Assembly: GCA_963676795.2 (NCBI GenBank)
Contig: CAXXTB010000002.1
Coordinates: 480,001 to 544,000, forward strand
Reading direction: 5' to 3'
DNA from: Geopsychrobacteraceae bacterium
Lineage (GTDB): Bacteria > Desulfobacterota > Desulfuromonadia > Desulfuromonadales > Geopsychrobacteraceae
Length of the DNA stretch: 64,000 bases
Part shown: piece by piece, positions 30,449 through 39,600 of the stretch
Numbering within the stretch: position 1 is the stretch's first letter
How the letters are laid out: each line of letters opens with the position of its first letter
Position numbers and translations under genes: made by a program
The notes under the pieces: model-generated
The model's input: the letters and a program-made list of their open reading frames with translations, nothing else
Told to the model about the DNA's origin: nothing
The model's database searches: none

Positions 30449-30759
30449 ACGAATGTGTGCTCCTTTTATGGTTTATTTCCCTCCAGCGATCACGGCAAAA
30501 AGAAGTCAAGCAAAAAACTATGCAATATCAATTAAAATAGCGGCAATCTAATGGCAACAGATGAAATGGAATTTTTGCTAATATACTTACTGGTAGTACG
30601 TAGTTCTTTTAGATAGAATGAAGCTTAGCATTGGCAGAATTTAATATCAATGAATTTAATTTTGTCCCATGAGCTATGATTAACCTGTTGAAGTTTTGAC
30701 GATTTTTTCTTCTTTTTCTGCTGCGAACCTCAGTAGCAGGAAGAGGGCTGAATTTTTCT

Positions 30760-31782
30760 TTAACCAATTAGCGGTAGCAGGTTGCCCGGGTTATACGATG
30801 GGGAGGCCGGAATTTCTGAAAGCAGATTCACAAAATTGCCGTGTTCCGGGTGGCCTGTAAGGTGGACAGCCCTTTGCAGGAACTCTTTATGGGAGAATGT
30901 TCCCCAGTTAACCAGCTGGCTGAGATAGACGTTGGCATTGAAATCAGCCGCAAGTTCGATGAAATGCGGTATTTCACGGTAATTATTCTGCTGGACCACC
31001 ATGCTCAGGGTCAGCGGATAGCCCAGTTCTTTCAGGAAGGTGAGATTGTCGAGCAGGCGCGCAAAAGAGCCGCCGGCACGATTGATCTGATAGGTCTGCG
31101 GGGTGGCCGCATCGACGGAAATTTCCACCGACCTGACCCGCGAATGCAGGTTCGGCAACTCTGCCCAGCGCTCCTTCGTGAAGAGCTGTCCGTTTGTGTG
31201 CAGGCGCAACCGGGGGGGAGCCGCAAGGCTGTTGAGGTGGCAGAGCAACCCCCAGTAAACCGGACTGGCAAAGGGGTCTCCGTAACCGCTCAGGGTGATC
31301 TCTTCGGCCGTCGGCACCAGCTGGTCGATGATGAGCGCTGAAATTATTTCGGCCTGTCGGCGCTCTTCATCTTGGCTGACCTGGATAGACTTGCGGCAGC
31401 TTGGGCAGGCCAGGTTGCAGCTGTGATCGAAACAGAGATTCAGTTCTTTTGGCAGTGGCCAGTGATCGAGCGGCAGCTGCCTGGCCAGTTTCAGGATGGC
31501 TTTTCCCGCTTCCGAGTCAGTTGTGCAGATCGGTTGTGCTTTGTTCTTTAAAAAGGGGCAGCGTCTGGCGCTGCACAGATGCTGGCTGCCGTTCAGCATG
31601 GTCTTGCGGATTTCGACAGCTTTTGGACTGTTCCAGATTGATTCGACAGGTTCTGTCAGGATATTGCCGATCGGGTGTCTGATCCAGGCCGGGCAGCAGC
31701 AGAACACCGAACCGTCGGCGTGGATTTCGAACCAGTCGAAGGGGCGGCCGCAGATCAGCCTGTCTGTCCGGTTCGTAGTCAT
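30760..31782 (-). CDS. Radical SAM protein with an N-terminal SPASM/twitch-like domain
   Basis: C.RPF..FEI..DGSV.CC..W...IGNI then CNLACPSC, G.GDPF, TNG, EISVDA. Confidence 0.88.
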   Translation of the reverse strand: MTTNRTDRLICGRPFDWFEIHADGSVFCCCPAWIRHPIGNILTEPVESIWNSPKAVEIRKTMLNGSQHLCSARRCPFLKNKAQPICTTDSEAGKAILKLARQLPLDHWPLPKELNLCFDHSCNLACPSCRKSIQVSQDEERRQAEIISALIIDQLVPTAEEITLSGYGDPFASPVYWGLLCHLNSLAAPPRLRLHTNGQLFTKERWAELPNLHSRVRSVEISVDAATPQTYQINRAGGSFARLLDNLTFLKELGYPLTLSMVVQQNNYREIPHFIELAADFNANVYLSQLVNWGTFSHKEFLQRAVHLTGHPEHGNFVNLLSEIPASPSYNPGNLLPLIG

Positions 31783-31783
31783 A

Positions 31784-33184
31784 TCAATCCCGGGAGATAT
31801 TCTGCAGCTGGTTGAGCAGGATCTCCTCCAGCCTGGCGCTCAGTCGCGCGATGAGCTGCGCGTCATTTTTTTGCAGGGCCTTGAACAGTTTCTGAACCAT
31901 ACGGCGGTCATCCGTGCTCCAGTAGCTGGTGTAGCCTTCCCTTTCTCCCTGCCTGGTCAGTTCCAGGTGCTGCTGGTAGTCTCGGCGGCCGTGAGCCCAG
32001 TTGATGACATGAAAATAATAGAGCAGGCAGCGGTCGATGAGAATATAGGCGAGCTGGATATTGTTGGCCGGGCCGACCTGCAGTTGCTCCCCGCCGAGCT
32101 TTCTGCCGAACAGCTGGAGCTTGTCGATCCAGCCTTTGCCTTTGAGGATGGTTCCCGCCGCGCCGATAACACCGCCAAGTGCCGCGCCGATACCGAATGA
32201 GGTGCCGCCGACCACGGCATCGATGCCGCCGCCGATAACCGCCCCGCCGAGGGTTCCGGCTGCGATCAGCTGCTTGTCACTTAAGCCGAGGAACTCCCAG
32301 GTCTTCTTGCTGAACAGATCCTCCCTGAGCACCGATTGCAGGGGCAGTTGAACGTCGAAGATATTGTGTTTAAACAGAGCACGAATCGCATCTTGCGCCT
32401 GGCGCTCCTGTTTGGTGAGCCCAGTCTGATAGCGTTCAAGCAGTTTGGCGTAGAGCGCTTCTTCGTTATGCTGGAGCGTGGCCGTTTCCTTGTGCCGAAC
32501 CGCATTACAGATCAGATCGCTGATGATCGCAGCCGTACGTTGGCTGCGCTGCTGCCAGTCCAGTTCGAAGGCCCTGATCACCTGGCGCAGGACCGGTTCG
32601 AGCTGCTGATCGATACTCTTGAGGCTCTCCAGCAGCTCGATCCGCTCGGCGTAGGTGGCCCGGCAGGAGTTGAAGATGCGGATGGAGTTGAAGTGCTTGC
32701 GAAAGGCAACCTGCCAGTCGTCGATAAAGCCAGTACCGTCCTCCTTGTTGTTGATGACGGCCATGCGTGGCGCTCCGGTCAGGCGCAGGATCTCCATCTC
32801 GGCGCGGTCGACATGGCGTACCGGGCGTGAGCCGTCAACGACGAAGATGATTCCGGCCCCTTCGGCAACCGGGGTAAGCAGTTCGCAGTCATCGCGGAAT
32901 TCGTCCAGTAGTCGGTGGCTGGCGAGAAAGGCGTTAAACAGCTCGTTTTCCGGCCCCTGATAGTTCTGCAGCCATTCCAGGGTTTTGCGCGGGTTCTGAA
33001 AGCCGGGGGTGTCGACGAAGCGGATCACCTCGTGGCCGTCGATCCGCACCGGAAAGGGTTGGCTGCGGGTGGTTTCTCCTGGAACAGGGCTGATTCTGAC
33101 GCTGTCGTCTTCCGCCAGGGTCGAGAGGACCGATGATTTCCCTTCGTTCGGGTGACCGATGATGGCGAAAACCGGTAAACTCAT
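31784..33184 (-). CDS. GTPase domain / DUF3482 protein
   Basis: GHPNEGKSS P-loop, GETT, DTPG; glycine-rich hydrophobic hairpin in the C-terminal half. Confidence 0.88.
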   Translation of the reverse strand: MSLPVFAIIGHPNEGKSSVLSTLAEDDSVRISPVPGETTRSQPFPVRIDGHEVIRFVDTPGFQNPRKTLEWLQNYQGPENELFNAFLASHRLLDEFRDDCELLTPVAEGAGIIFVVDGSRPVRHVDRAEMEILRLTGAPRMAVINNKEDGTGFIDDWQVAFRKHFNSIRIFNSCRATYAERIELLESLKSIDQQLEPVLRQVIRAFELDWQQRSQRTAAIISDLICNAVRHKETATLQHNEEALYAKLLERYQTGLTKQERQAQDAIRALFKHNIFDVQLPLQSVLREDLFSKKTWEFLGLSDKQLIAAGTLGGAVIGGGIDAVVGGTSFGIGAALGGVIGAAGTILKGKGWIDKLQLFGRKLGGEQLQVGPANNIQLAYILIDRCLLYYFHVINWAHGRRDYQQHLELTRQGEREGYTSYWSTDDRRMVQKLFKALQKNDAQLIARLSARLEEILLNQLQNISRD

Positions 33185-34797
33185 CGGTTTTCAACCAGCG
33201 GGTAGAGCGAAAGGTAGGGATCGCCCAGAGTCTGCAGGCTTTTGCGCCAGAGATTCAAGTCCTGGGCTTTGACTCCGGTCAGGATCGAATCGCTATCCGG
33301 TTTGCCGATCAGCACCACGGAGATCGGGTACTGTCTCGGCAGCTCGTGACGTAATCTTCTGAACAGGTCGAGCAGCTCCCTGATCGGTGGCTGCCAGGCC
33401 TCCTGCAGGAGCAGAATTCCTGCCGCGGAATTTTCATGCAGGGTGCTGGCGATCTGGGTATAGAGCTCTTCCTCCGACTGATCGAGGGCACCGATCCGTA
33501 AACTGTGATAGGGGCCGCTTCCTTCGTGGGGCTCAAGGCAGTCGGTCAGCCTGGTCATATTGATACTGGCCCAGAGTTCATCGGGAACCAGCAGCAGGCG
33601 TGCCCCTGAGACGCAAGGGGCGGCTTGTGCCCCTGGCGGGCCATCTTGCAATATTGATGAGGTGATATTACTTGCCTGGGCTTGAAGCCCCGTTTCGAGA
33701 ATCGGATTAAGCATGCGCTGCTGTAGCTGTCTGAAACGGGCGCTGTCAAAACGTAACGACTTCAGTTTGCGCCTGAGCTGATAGCTGCCGAACAGAAACA
33801 GCAGCAGGCGCGGCAGCAGGCCATAGGTAAAAACCGCAAGGGTCAGAAACGGCCACCAGGCGACCAGGTTGCCGGTGGTCAGGTGGTAGATCCCTTCCTT
33901 GAGGATAATCCGGCTCCCCTCGATCTGCTCTGCAGTCGGGTAGGCGACAGCGGCCGGGACAAACCAGGACCAGGGCAGGGCGATCCAGCGTACGGCCGTG
34001 GCCAGCAGTTGCGGGTCGATCTGCAGGGTCGACTGCCAGCCGAAGGCCACATCCGCCAGGCTGACCTTGAAGAGGGTCGCAGCGAGGGTGCCGATATTGA
34101 AGCCGCAGCCGAACAGCTGAAGAAGGATGAACGCCGGCCAGAAGTAGAGGCTGCCGTATTCCTGGCGATTCTGACGGATGCGACCGATGGCGGCCTGAAA
34201 ACGCAGCCTGGTTTCTGCGTCGGAGATTTTCTGGCTGCGCCGTTGCAGATTGATGAACAGCTTTTTCAGCAGGCCGGCGGACAACTGGCAGAGCAGGGAT
34301 GATTTCAGCCAGCTGCGACTGATGCTGCGTAGGCTCAACATGACCAGCAGCAGAATCAGCAGCAGAATCTGTACGGCGATAAGGACGGCGAAATAGCCGG
34401 AGACGTTGACCGCCGTTTCACCGCTGTAGCGCAGCAGGGAGGAGGCGGCCAGGGTTCCGCAGAGGATGCCGACGATCAGGGTCAGCCAGCGTAGCAGAAC
34501 GGAGGCCTCGCGCCAGATCTTTCCCGGCAGTGGACCGCAGGGAGGTGTGCTATGCTGCTGCATGCGGCGCGCCGCCAGCCAGCGTCGGACCAGCCCCCGT
34601 GAGTCACCGATGGCATCGAATTCCTGGCGCCGGGCAAAATAGATGGTCCGATCCTGCTGCCTGAGCGCTTTCTCCCCCTCTTGCTCGCGCAGTTCTTCGT
34701 CTTTGATGAAGAAATATTCGAGATCGACAATATCGGCGAAGGTCCAGCTCAGCCTGAGCGGCTTGAGGCGGGTGCTCTGTGTGATTCTGGTCGGCAA
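33181..34797 (-). CDS. DUF2868-domain membrane protein
   Basis: TM segments, VNV, FGWQSTL, WW.FL..AV..YGLLPRL, EAWQPP; usual partner of DUF3482 GTPases; TTG start uncertain. Confidence 0.82.
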   Translation of the reverse strand: MPTRITQSTRLKPLRLSWTFADIVDLEYFFIKDEELREQEGEKALRQQDRTIYFARRQEFDAIGDSRGLVRRWLAARRMQQHSTPPCGPLPGKIWREASVLLRWLTLIVGILCGTLAASSLLRYSGETAVNVSGYFAVLIAVQILLLILLLVMLSLRSISRSWLKSSLLCQLSAGLLKKLFINLQRRSQKISDAETRLRFQAAIGRIRQNRQEYGSLYFWPAFILLQLFGCGFNIGTLAATLFKVSLADVAFGWQSTLQIDPQLLATAVRWIALPWSWFVPAAVAYPTAEQIEGSRIILKEGIYHLTTGNLVAWWPFLTLAVFTYGLLPRLLLFLFGSYQLRRKLKSLRFDSARFRQLQQRMLNPILETGLQAQASNITSSILQDGPPGAQAAPCVSGARLLLVPDELWASINMTRLTDCLEPHEGSGPYHSLRIGALDQSEEELYTQIASTLHENSAAGILLLQEAWQPPIRELLDLFRRLRHELPRQYPISVVLIGKPDSDSILTGVKAQDLNLWRKSLQTLGDPYLSLYPLVENR

Positions 34798-34893
34798 CAG
34801 GGTCTCTCCAGTCTGGGTTGATCATTGCAGGGCGGAGCATTAAAATAGCAGACTTGTGGAACGGGGAGTAGCAGAATTGCTTCAGTCATAATT

Positions 34894-35170
34894 CGGTTCT
34901 GCCTGGTAGATGGGCATCGCCCATCGTTGGGCGCCTTCCGTCTGGCGGGACGAGACCCGCCGGTTCTGCTTTTGATTTTCAGGATTATAAAGATCAAAAT
35001 CTCGGGGTCGCGCCCCCGCACGGCGCCTTACTTTTTTTCTGGCTGAAAAAAGTAAGCAAAAACAGCCTTTTAAATCTGACGAAAATTGGCAAAGTTTTCT
35101 TCGTATTTTCAGGCCAGCAACTGACAATGCGCCCCACGATGAGCAAATCATCATCTAATGGGCAGAACCG
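34894..35170. repeat. Modular palindromic element, copy 2 (MITE/REPIN-like, about 40-bp imperfect terminal inverted repeats)
   Basis: Left end CGGTTCTGCCTGGTAGATGGGCATCGCCCATCGTTGGGCGC versus reverse complement of the right end CGGTTCTGCCCATTAGATGATGATTTGCTCATCGTGGGGCGC; interior closely matches 61081-61488. Confidence 0.88.
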
Positions 35171-35246
35171 GAAAAACTCCGCAGGGCGGAGTTTTGATTG
35201 AAGGCGATTGGAACAACCTTATAGGTGGTAATATGGGGGTGCTGCT

Positions 35247-36005
35247 ATGAACGACAATGATCTTCTCAACCATCATCTGATCAGCGGGCGCTGTTTCTTT
35301 CCCCTGCTGGGCGAGATTGAGCATCCATTCTGGGTCGATTGTGGCGATGTCCAGCTGGCCTGCAGTTACCATGAGGTTGATCCGGCGGCCAAGACGCTGA
35401 TCCATTTTCATGGCAACGGTGAGATCGTCGATGACTGGGTCGATAATTTTGCCGCCATGATCAATACGGCTGGCTGGAACTGCCTGCTTGCCGAGTATCG
35501 CTGCTACGGGCGGTCGACCGGTCGGGCTCAGCTGGGACGGATTCTCGAGGATGTCGGTCCGATCGTCCGTTCGCTCAAGAGGCAGGAGCAGAGCCTGGTC
35601 TTTTTCGGGCGCAGTATCGGGTCGATCTTTGCCCTTGAGGCGGCCCGGCTCTTTCCGCAGGCTGCCGGGGTGATCCTTGAAAGTGCCATTGCCGACGTCC
35701 TTGAGCGTCTGCTGCTGCGCACCCGCCCAGACGAGTTGGGGGTAAGCCGGGAAGAGTTCGAATCGGTCGTCGGCCGGCATCTCAATCAGCGCCGCAAGCT
35801 GGAAGCGTTTCAGGGGGCATTACTGGTTCTCCACACGCTGAACGATGGGCTGATCGATGTTAGCCACGCTCAGCGCCTTTATGACTGGGGAAAAGCTAAG
35901 AAGGAACTGAAGATCTTCGAACGCGGGAATCACAACACGATCTCCGCAGCCAACGCCGAGCAATATTATTTTTTGGTCAGGCGCTTTCTTGAAGGTTTGT
36001 CTTGA
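35247..36005 (+). CDS. Alpha/beta hydrolase (ABHD17/Bem46-like)
   Basis: HFHGNGE, GRSIG nucleophile elbow, D..I and GNHN triad residues. Confidence 0.88.
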   Translation: MNDNDLLNHHLISGRCFFPLLGEIEHPFWVDCGDVQLACSYHEVDPAAKTLIHFHGNGEIVDDWVDNFAAMINTAGWNCLLAEYRCYGRSTGRAQLGRILEDVGPIVRSLKRQEQSLVFFGRSIGSIFALEAARLFPQAAGVILESAIADVLERLLLRTRPDELGVSREEFESVVGRHLNQRRKLEAFQGALLVLHTLNDGLIDVSHAQRLYDWGKAKKELKIFERGNHNTISAANAEQYYFLVRRFLEGLS

Positions 36006-36239
36006 ATGATGATACGTCCCGATTTTCTGCTGTTTTCAGGGTAAGGTCGGACAAAATAATGTAAATTAGTCGTTGCCATGACCTGCCGGTTACGGCTATG
36101 ATTCGTCGCCTTTTATGGTTTTAAGTCGTTTTGAAACAACAGCTTGTGCGGATTCGTTCTGCCTGGCTTTTTTCTGCGCCTGATCTGATCAGGTTTTTTT
36201 TTGCCCTTGCTTTATAAGCATTGTAAACAGGAGAATTTC

Positions 36240-37505
36240 ATGGATATTCTGGCACTGAACTGTGGTAGTTCATCGGTCAAGTACCAGCTGTACAGCTGGG
36301 AGAAAAAAGAAATCATTGCCAAGGGAATGGTTGAGCGCGTCGGTATCGGCGAGTCTTACATCGTTCACGAAGTTCCGGGTCGTGAGACCTACAACGAAGA
36401 ATATGCCTGCCCGGACCACACCATCGCCGTGCAACTGGTCATCAAAACCCTGACCAGTGCCGACCAGGGCGTTGTCAAGGATATGTCCAGCATCTCCGCC
36501 GTTGGACACCGCGTTGTTCACGGTGGTGAGAAGTTCACCAAATCGATCCTGATCGACGACGAAGTTATCGCCGGTATCAAGGAAGTTTCCGTTCTGGCCC
36601 CACTGCACAACCCGGCCAATATCGATGGTATCGTCGCTGCCAAGACCGTTCTGCCGGACGTTCCGCACATCGCCATCTTCGACACCGCCTTCCATCAGAC
36701 CATGCCGGAGTACTCCTACACCTACCCGGTTCCTTACCAGTGGTACGAGAAGTACGGCGTCCGTCGTTATGGTTTCCACGGCACCAGCCACCTGTACGTC
36801 TCCAAGCGTGCTGCCGCGATCCTCGGCAAAGAGCCCAAGGACACCAACCTGGTCACCCTGCATATCGGCAACGGTGCCTCCCACTGTGCCATCAAAGGTG
36901 GCGTCAGCATCGACACCTCGATGGGTCTGACTCCGCTTGAAGGTGCTGTCATGGGCACCCGTTGTGGCGATATCGACGCCGCTATTCCGGCCTTCATCCA
37001 GCAGCAGGAAGGTTTGAGCGCCGCCGAGATCGACAGTATCCTCAACAAGAAATCCGGTATCTATGGCATCACCGGCAAGTACACCGACCGTCGTGACGTC
37101 GGTGACGGCATCAAGGCCGGCGACAAGAAATGCCAGCTCGCTTTTGATGTTGAAGCTTACCGCATCAAGAAATACATCGGTGCTTACTACGCCGCTGTCG
37201 GCAAGCCGGACATGATCGTCTTCACCGCCGGCGTTGGCGAGATGAGCTGTGAGACCCGTCAGGCAGCCCTCGAAGGTCTTGAAGGCCTGGGCATCATCGT
37301 CGATACCGAAGTCAACATGAAGACCCGGACCCGTAGCCGCGAAGTCCTGATCACCAAGCCTGAGTCGGCGATTCCGGTCTACGTCATCCCGACCGACGAA
37401 GAGCTGGTCTTTATTGAAGACGTTGTCGGCATTCTGGAAGGGACCTATACCGATCACCTGAACTATAAATACACCTTCGCTGACGCCAGCTTCGTCAGAA
37501 AGTAA
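36240..37505 (+). CDS. ackA: Acetate kinase, paralog 1
   Basis: NCGSSS.K, GHRVVHGG, APLHNP, FDTAFH, YGFHGTSH, HIGNG, MGTRCGD, FTAGVGE, TDEE; strongly biased codon usage. Confidence 0.97.
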   Translation: MDILALNCGSSSVKYQLYSWEKKEIIAKGMVERVGIGESYIVHEVPGRETYNEEYACPDHTIAVQLVIKTLTSADQGVVKDMSSISAVGHRVVHGGEKFTKSILIDDEVIAGIKEVSVLAPLHNPANIDGIVAAKTVLPDVPHIAIFDTAFHQTMPEYSYTYPVPYQWYEKYGVRRYGFHGTSHLYVSKRAAAILGKEPKDTNLVTLHIGNGASHCAIKGGVSIDTSMGLTPLEGAVMGTRCGDIDAAIPAFIQQQEGLSAAEIDSILNKKSGIYGITGKYTDRRDVGDGIKAGDKKCQLAFDVEAYRIKKYIGAYYAAVGKPDMIVFTAGVGEMSCETRQAALEGLEGLGIIVDTEVNMKTRTRSREVLITKPESAIPVYVIPTDEELVFIEDVVGILEGTYTDHLNYKYTFADASFVRK

Positions 37506-37525
37506 GGTTGGTTTCAGGTTATTTC

Positions 37526-37556
37526 AAAGGCCGTCGCACTGCGACGGCCTTTTTTA
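37526..37556 (+). terminator. Terminator between the two ackA paralogs
   Basis: AAAGGCCGTCGCA-C-TGCGACGGCCTTTTTT. Confidence 0.85.
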
Positions 37557-37738
37557 TTTGCTACAATAGTTAAAATTGTTCCGTAAATTGTCATAATTTG
37601 GAAAAAATGGCATTAAAACGCTGTTTCTGAATGGATCTTTCTGTTAAGCTATATTCAATTATTCTCATGTTTGACTGTCGGAATACAACCTTGTTGAGCG
37701 ATTGATAAGGACAACGACACAGTATAAAGGGGATCTTT

Positions 37739-39004
37739 ATGGACATTCTGACTCTGAACTGCGGTAATTCGACCATCAAGTATGAGCTTTATAACTGGGA
37801 CAGCAAAAAGGTTATCGCCAAGGGGATCGTCGAACGGGTCGGTATCGGAGATTCTTATATCATTCATGACGTCTCCGGCCGGAATGTCTATCACGAAAGC
37901 TACGAATGCCCCGATTTTCACGCGGCGGTACGGCGGATTGTCAAGCTGCTGACCAATGTCGATTATGACGGGGTGACCGCGCTGGAGAATATCGCTGCCG
38001 TTGGACACCGTATCGTCCATGGTGGCGAGAAGTTCACCGGTTCAGTGCTGATCGATGATGGCGTGATCGAGAGCATCAAGGCGGTCAAGCATCTTGCTCC
38101 GATGCACAGCGCCGGCAATATCGCCGGACTGGAAGCTGCCAGGGAGATCCTGCCCGATATTCCGCAGGTCGCCATCTTTGATACGGCTTTCCATCAGACC
38201 ATGCCGGATTACGCCTACATCTACGCGCTACCTTACGAGTGGTACGAAAAGTACGGTGTGCGCCGCTACGGTTTCCATGGCACCAGTCATCTCTATGTCT
38301 CCAAGCGCGCTGCGGCACTGCTCGGCAAGCCGGCCAAAGACTGCAACCTGATCACTATGCATATCAGTAATGCCGGTGTTTCGATCTGTGCCATCAAGAA
38401 TGGCGTGAGCGTCGATACCTCGATGGGGCTGACCCCGCTCGAAGGGGCGGTCATGGGCACCCGTTGTGGCGATATCGATCCGTCGATTCCGGCCTTCATT
38501 GAGCGGATTGAAAATTTAGGTTGTGACGGAATCAACACCGCACTGACCAAGAAGTCTGGCGTCTTCGGCATTACCGGTAAATACACAGACCGTCGCGATA
38601 TCCTCGAAGGGATCAAGGCGGGCAACGAGCGTTGCAAGCTGGCCTTTGATGTCGAAGCCTACCGCCTGAAAAAATACATCGGCTCCTACTTCGCCGTTGT
38701 CGGCAGGCCTGATGCCATCGTCTTCTCCGCCGCCGTCGGCGAGATCAACTGCGAACTGCGTGAGGCCGCACTCGATGGCCTGGAGAGCATGGGGATTCTG
38801 CTCGACCGGGAGATCAACTGCCGCAGTCGCAGCCACGGCGAGGAGCTGCTGATCAGCAAAGTCGATTCACCGGTCAAGGTTTATATCATCCCGACCGACG
38901 AAGAGCAGGTCTTCATCGAAGATGTCGTCGGCATTCTCGAAGGGACCTATACCGATCATCTGCATAACAGGTATTCTTTTTCATCACCGGATTACAAAAA
39001 GTAG
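37739..39004 (+). CDS. ackA: Acetate kinase, paralog 2 (divergent motifs)
   Basis: Colinear with paralog 1 and the same length (421 aa); has APMHSAGN, HISNAG and FSAAVGE variants. Confidence 0.93.
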   Translation: MDILTLNCGNSTIKYELYNWDSKKVIAKGIVERVGIGDSYIIHDVSGRNVYHESYECPDFHAAVRRIVKLLTNVDYDGVTALENIAAVGHRIVHGGEKFTGSVLIDDGVIESIKAVKHLAPMHSAGNIAGLEAAREILPDIPQVAIFDTAFHQTMPDYAYIYALPYEWYEKYGVRRYGFHGTSHLYVSKRAAALLGKPAKDCNLITMHISNAGVSICAIKNGVSVDTSMGLTPLEGAVMGTRCGDIDPSIPAFIERIENLGCDGINTALTKKSGVFGITGKYTDRRDILEGIKAGNERCKLAFDVEAYRLKKYIGSYFAVVGRPDAIVFSAAVGEINCELREAALDGLESMGILLDREINCRSRSHGEELLISKVDSPVKVYIIPTDEEQVFIEDVVGILEGTYTDHLHNRYSFSSPDYKK

Positions 39005-39024
39005 AATTCAACAATTTAATAGCA

Positions 39025-39064
39025 ACGCAAGAAGGCCACCGGATTCCCGGTGGCCTTCTTGCGT
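39025..39064. terminator. Bidirectional terminator-like hairpin
   Basis: 18-bp perfect stem ACGCAAGAAGGCCACCGG/CCGGTGGCCTTCTTGCGT between convergent genes. Confidence 0.75.
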
Positions 39065-39087
39065 CAGGGGGACTGAGTGGATTGAGC

Positions 39088-39600
39088 TCAACCTGATAAT
39101 TTTCGGCTGCCAAGCAGTATCAGCGGCGTGAGCAGGGCCCAGATAACAGCCAGCACAATAATGGCTGTGGCGAAAGACCAGTTCAGCGTTGCGGCTCCGA
39201 GCTTGGCTCCACTGATATAGGCCATCGGGCCGCTGACAGCACCGCAGAGAGCGGCAAGGGGCAGACGCTTGTGGAGCCAGCGCAGGCTGTGGTTGGGCAG
39301 AATCCCGAGGGCGACCCAGATCATGGCGAGCCAGAAGGGGATCGGTGTGCCATCCTCAGCGAAGCTAAAGAGCCCGGCCATCTTCAGCAGGCCATCGACG
39401 ATGATGCCGGTGACGACCAGGCCGCCGATCATGATCAAGTCCGCTTTTCTGTAGGGGCTGATCAGCAGAAAGGCAATCACCAGCAGCGGAGCGATCCAGG
39501 CCAGAGAATTACCCCCGAGGACACAGAGAAACCAACTCCCCTGGTAGACGATCAGGTTGAGCAGGATCAGCAGCCTTGGAGATAATCGGTCCGTATTCAT
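39088..39600 (-). CDS. DUF2878 family membrane protein
   Basis: N..YQ.SWF.CV, P.WL..IW, GP.AY..G.KLGA; context in the cfa cluster. Confidence 0.8.
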   Translation of the reverse strand: MNTDRLSPRLLILLNLIVYQGSWFLCVLGGNSLAWIAPLLVIAFLLISPYRKADLIMIGGLVVTGIIVDGLLKMAGLFSFAEDGTPIPFWLAMIWVALGILPNHSLRWLHKRLPLAALCGAVSGPMAYISGAKLGAATLNWSFATAIIVLAVIWALLTPLILLGSRKLSG

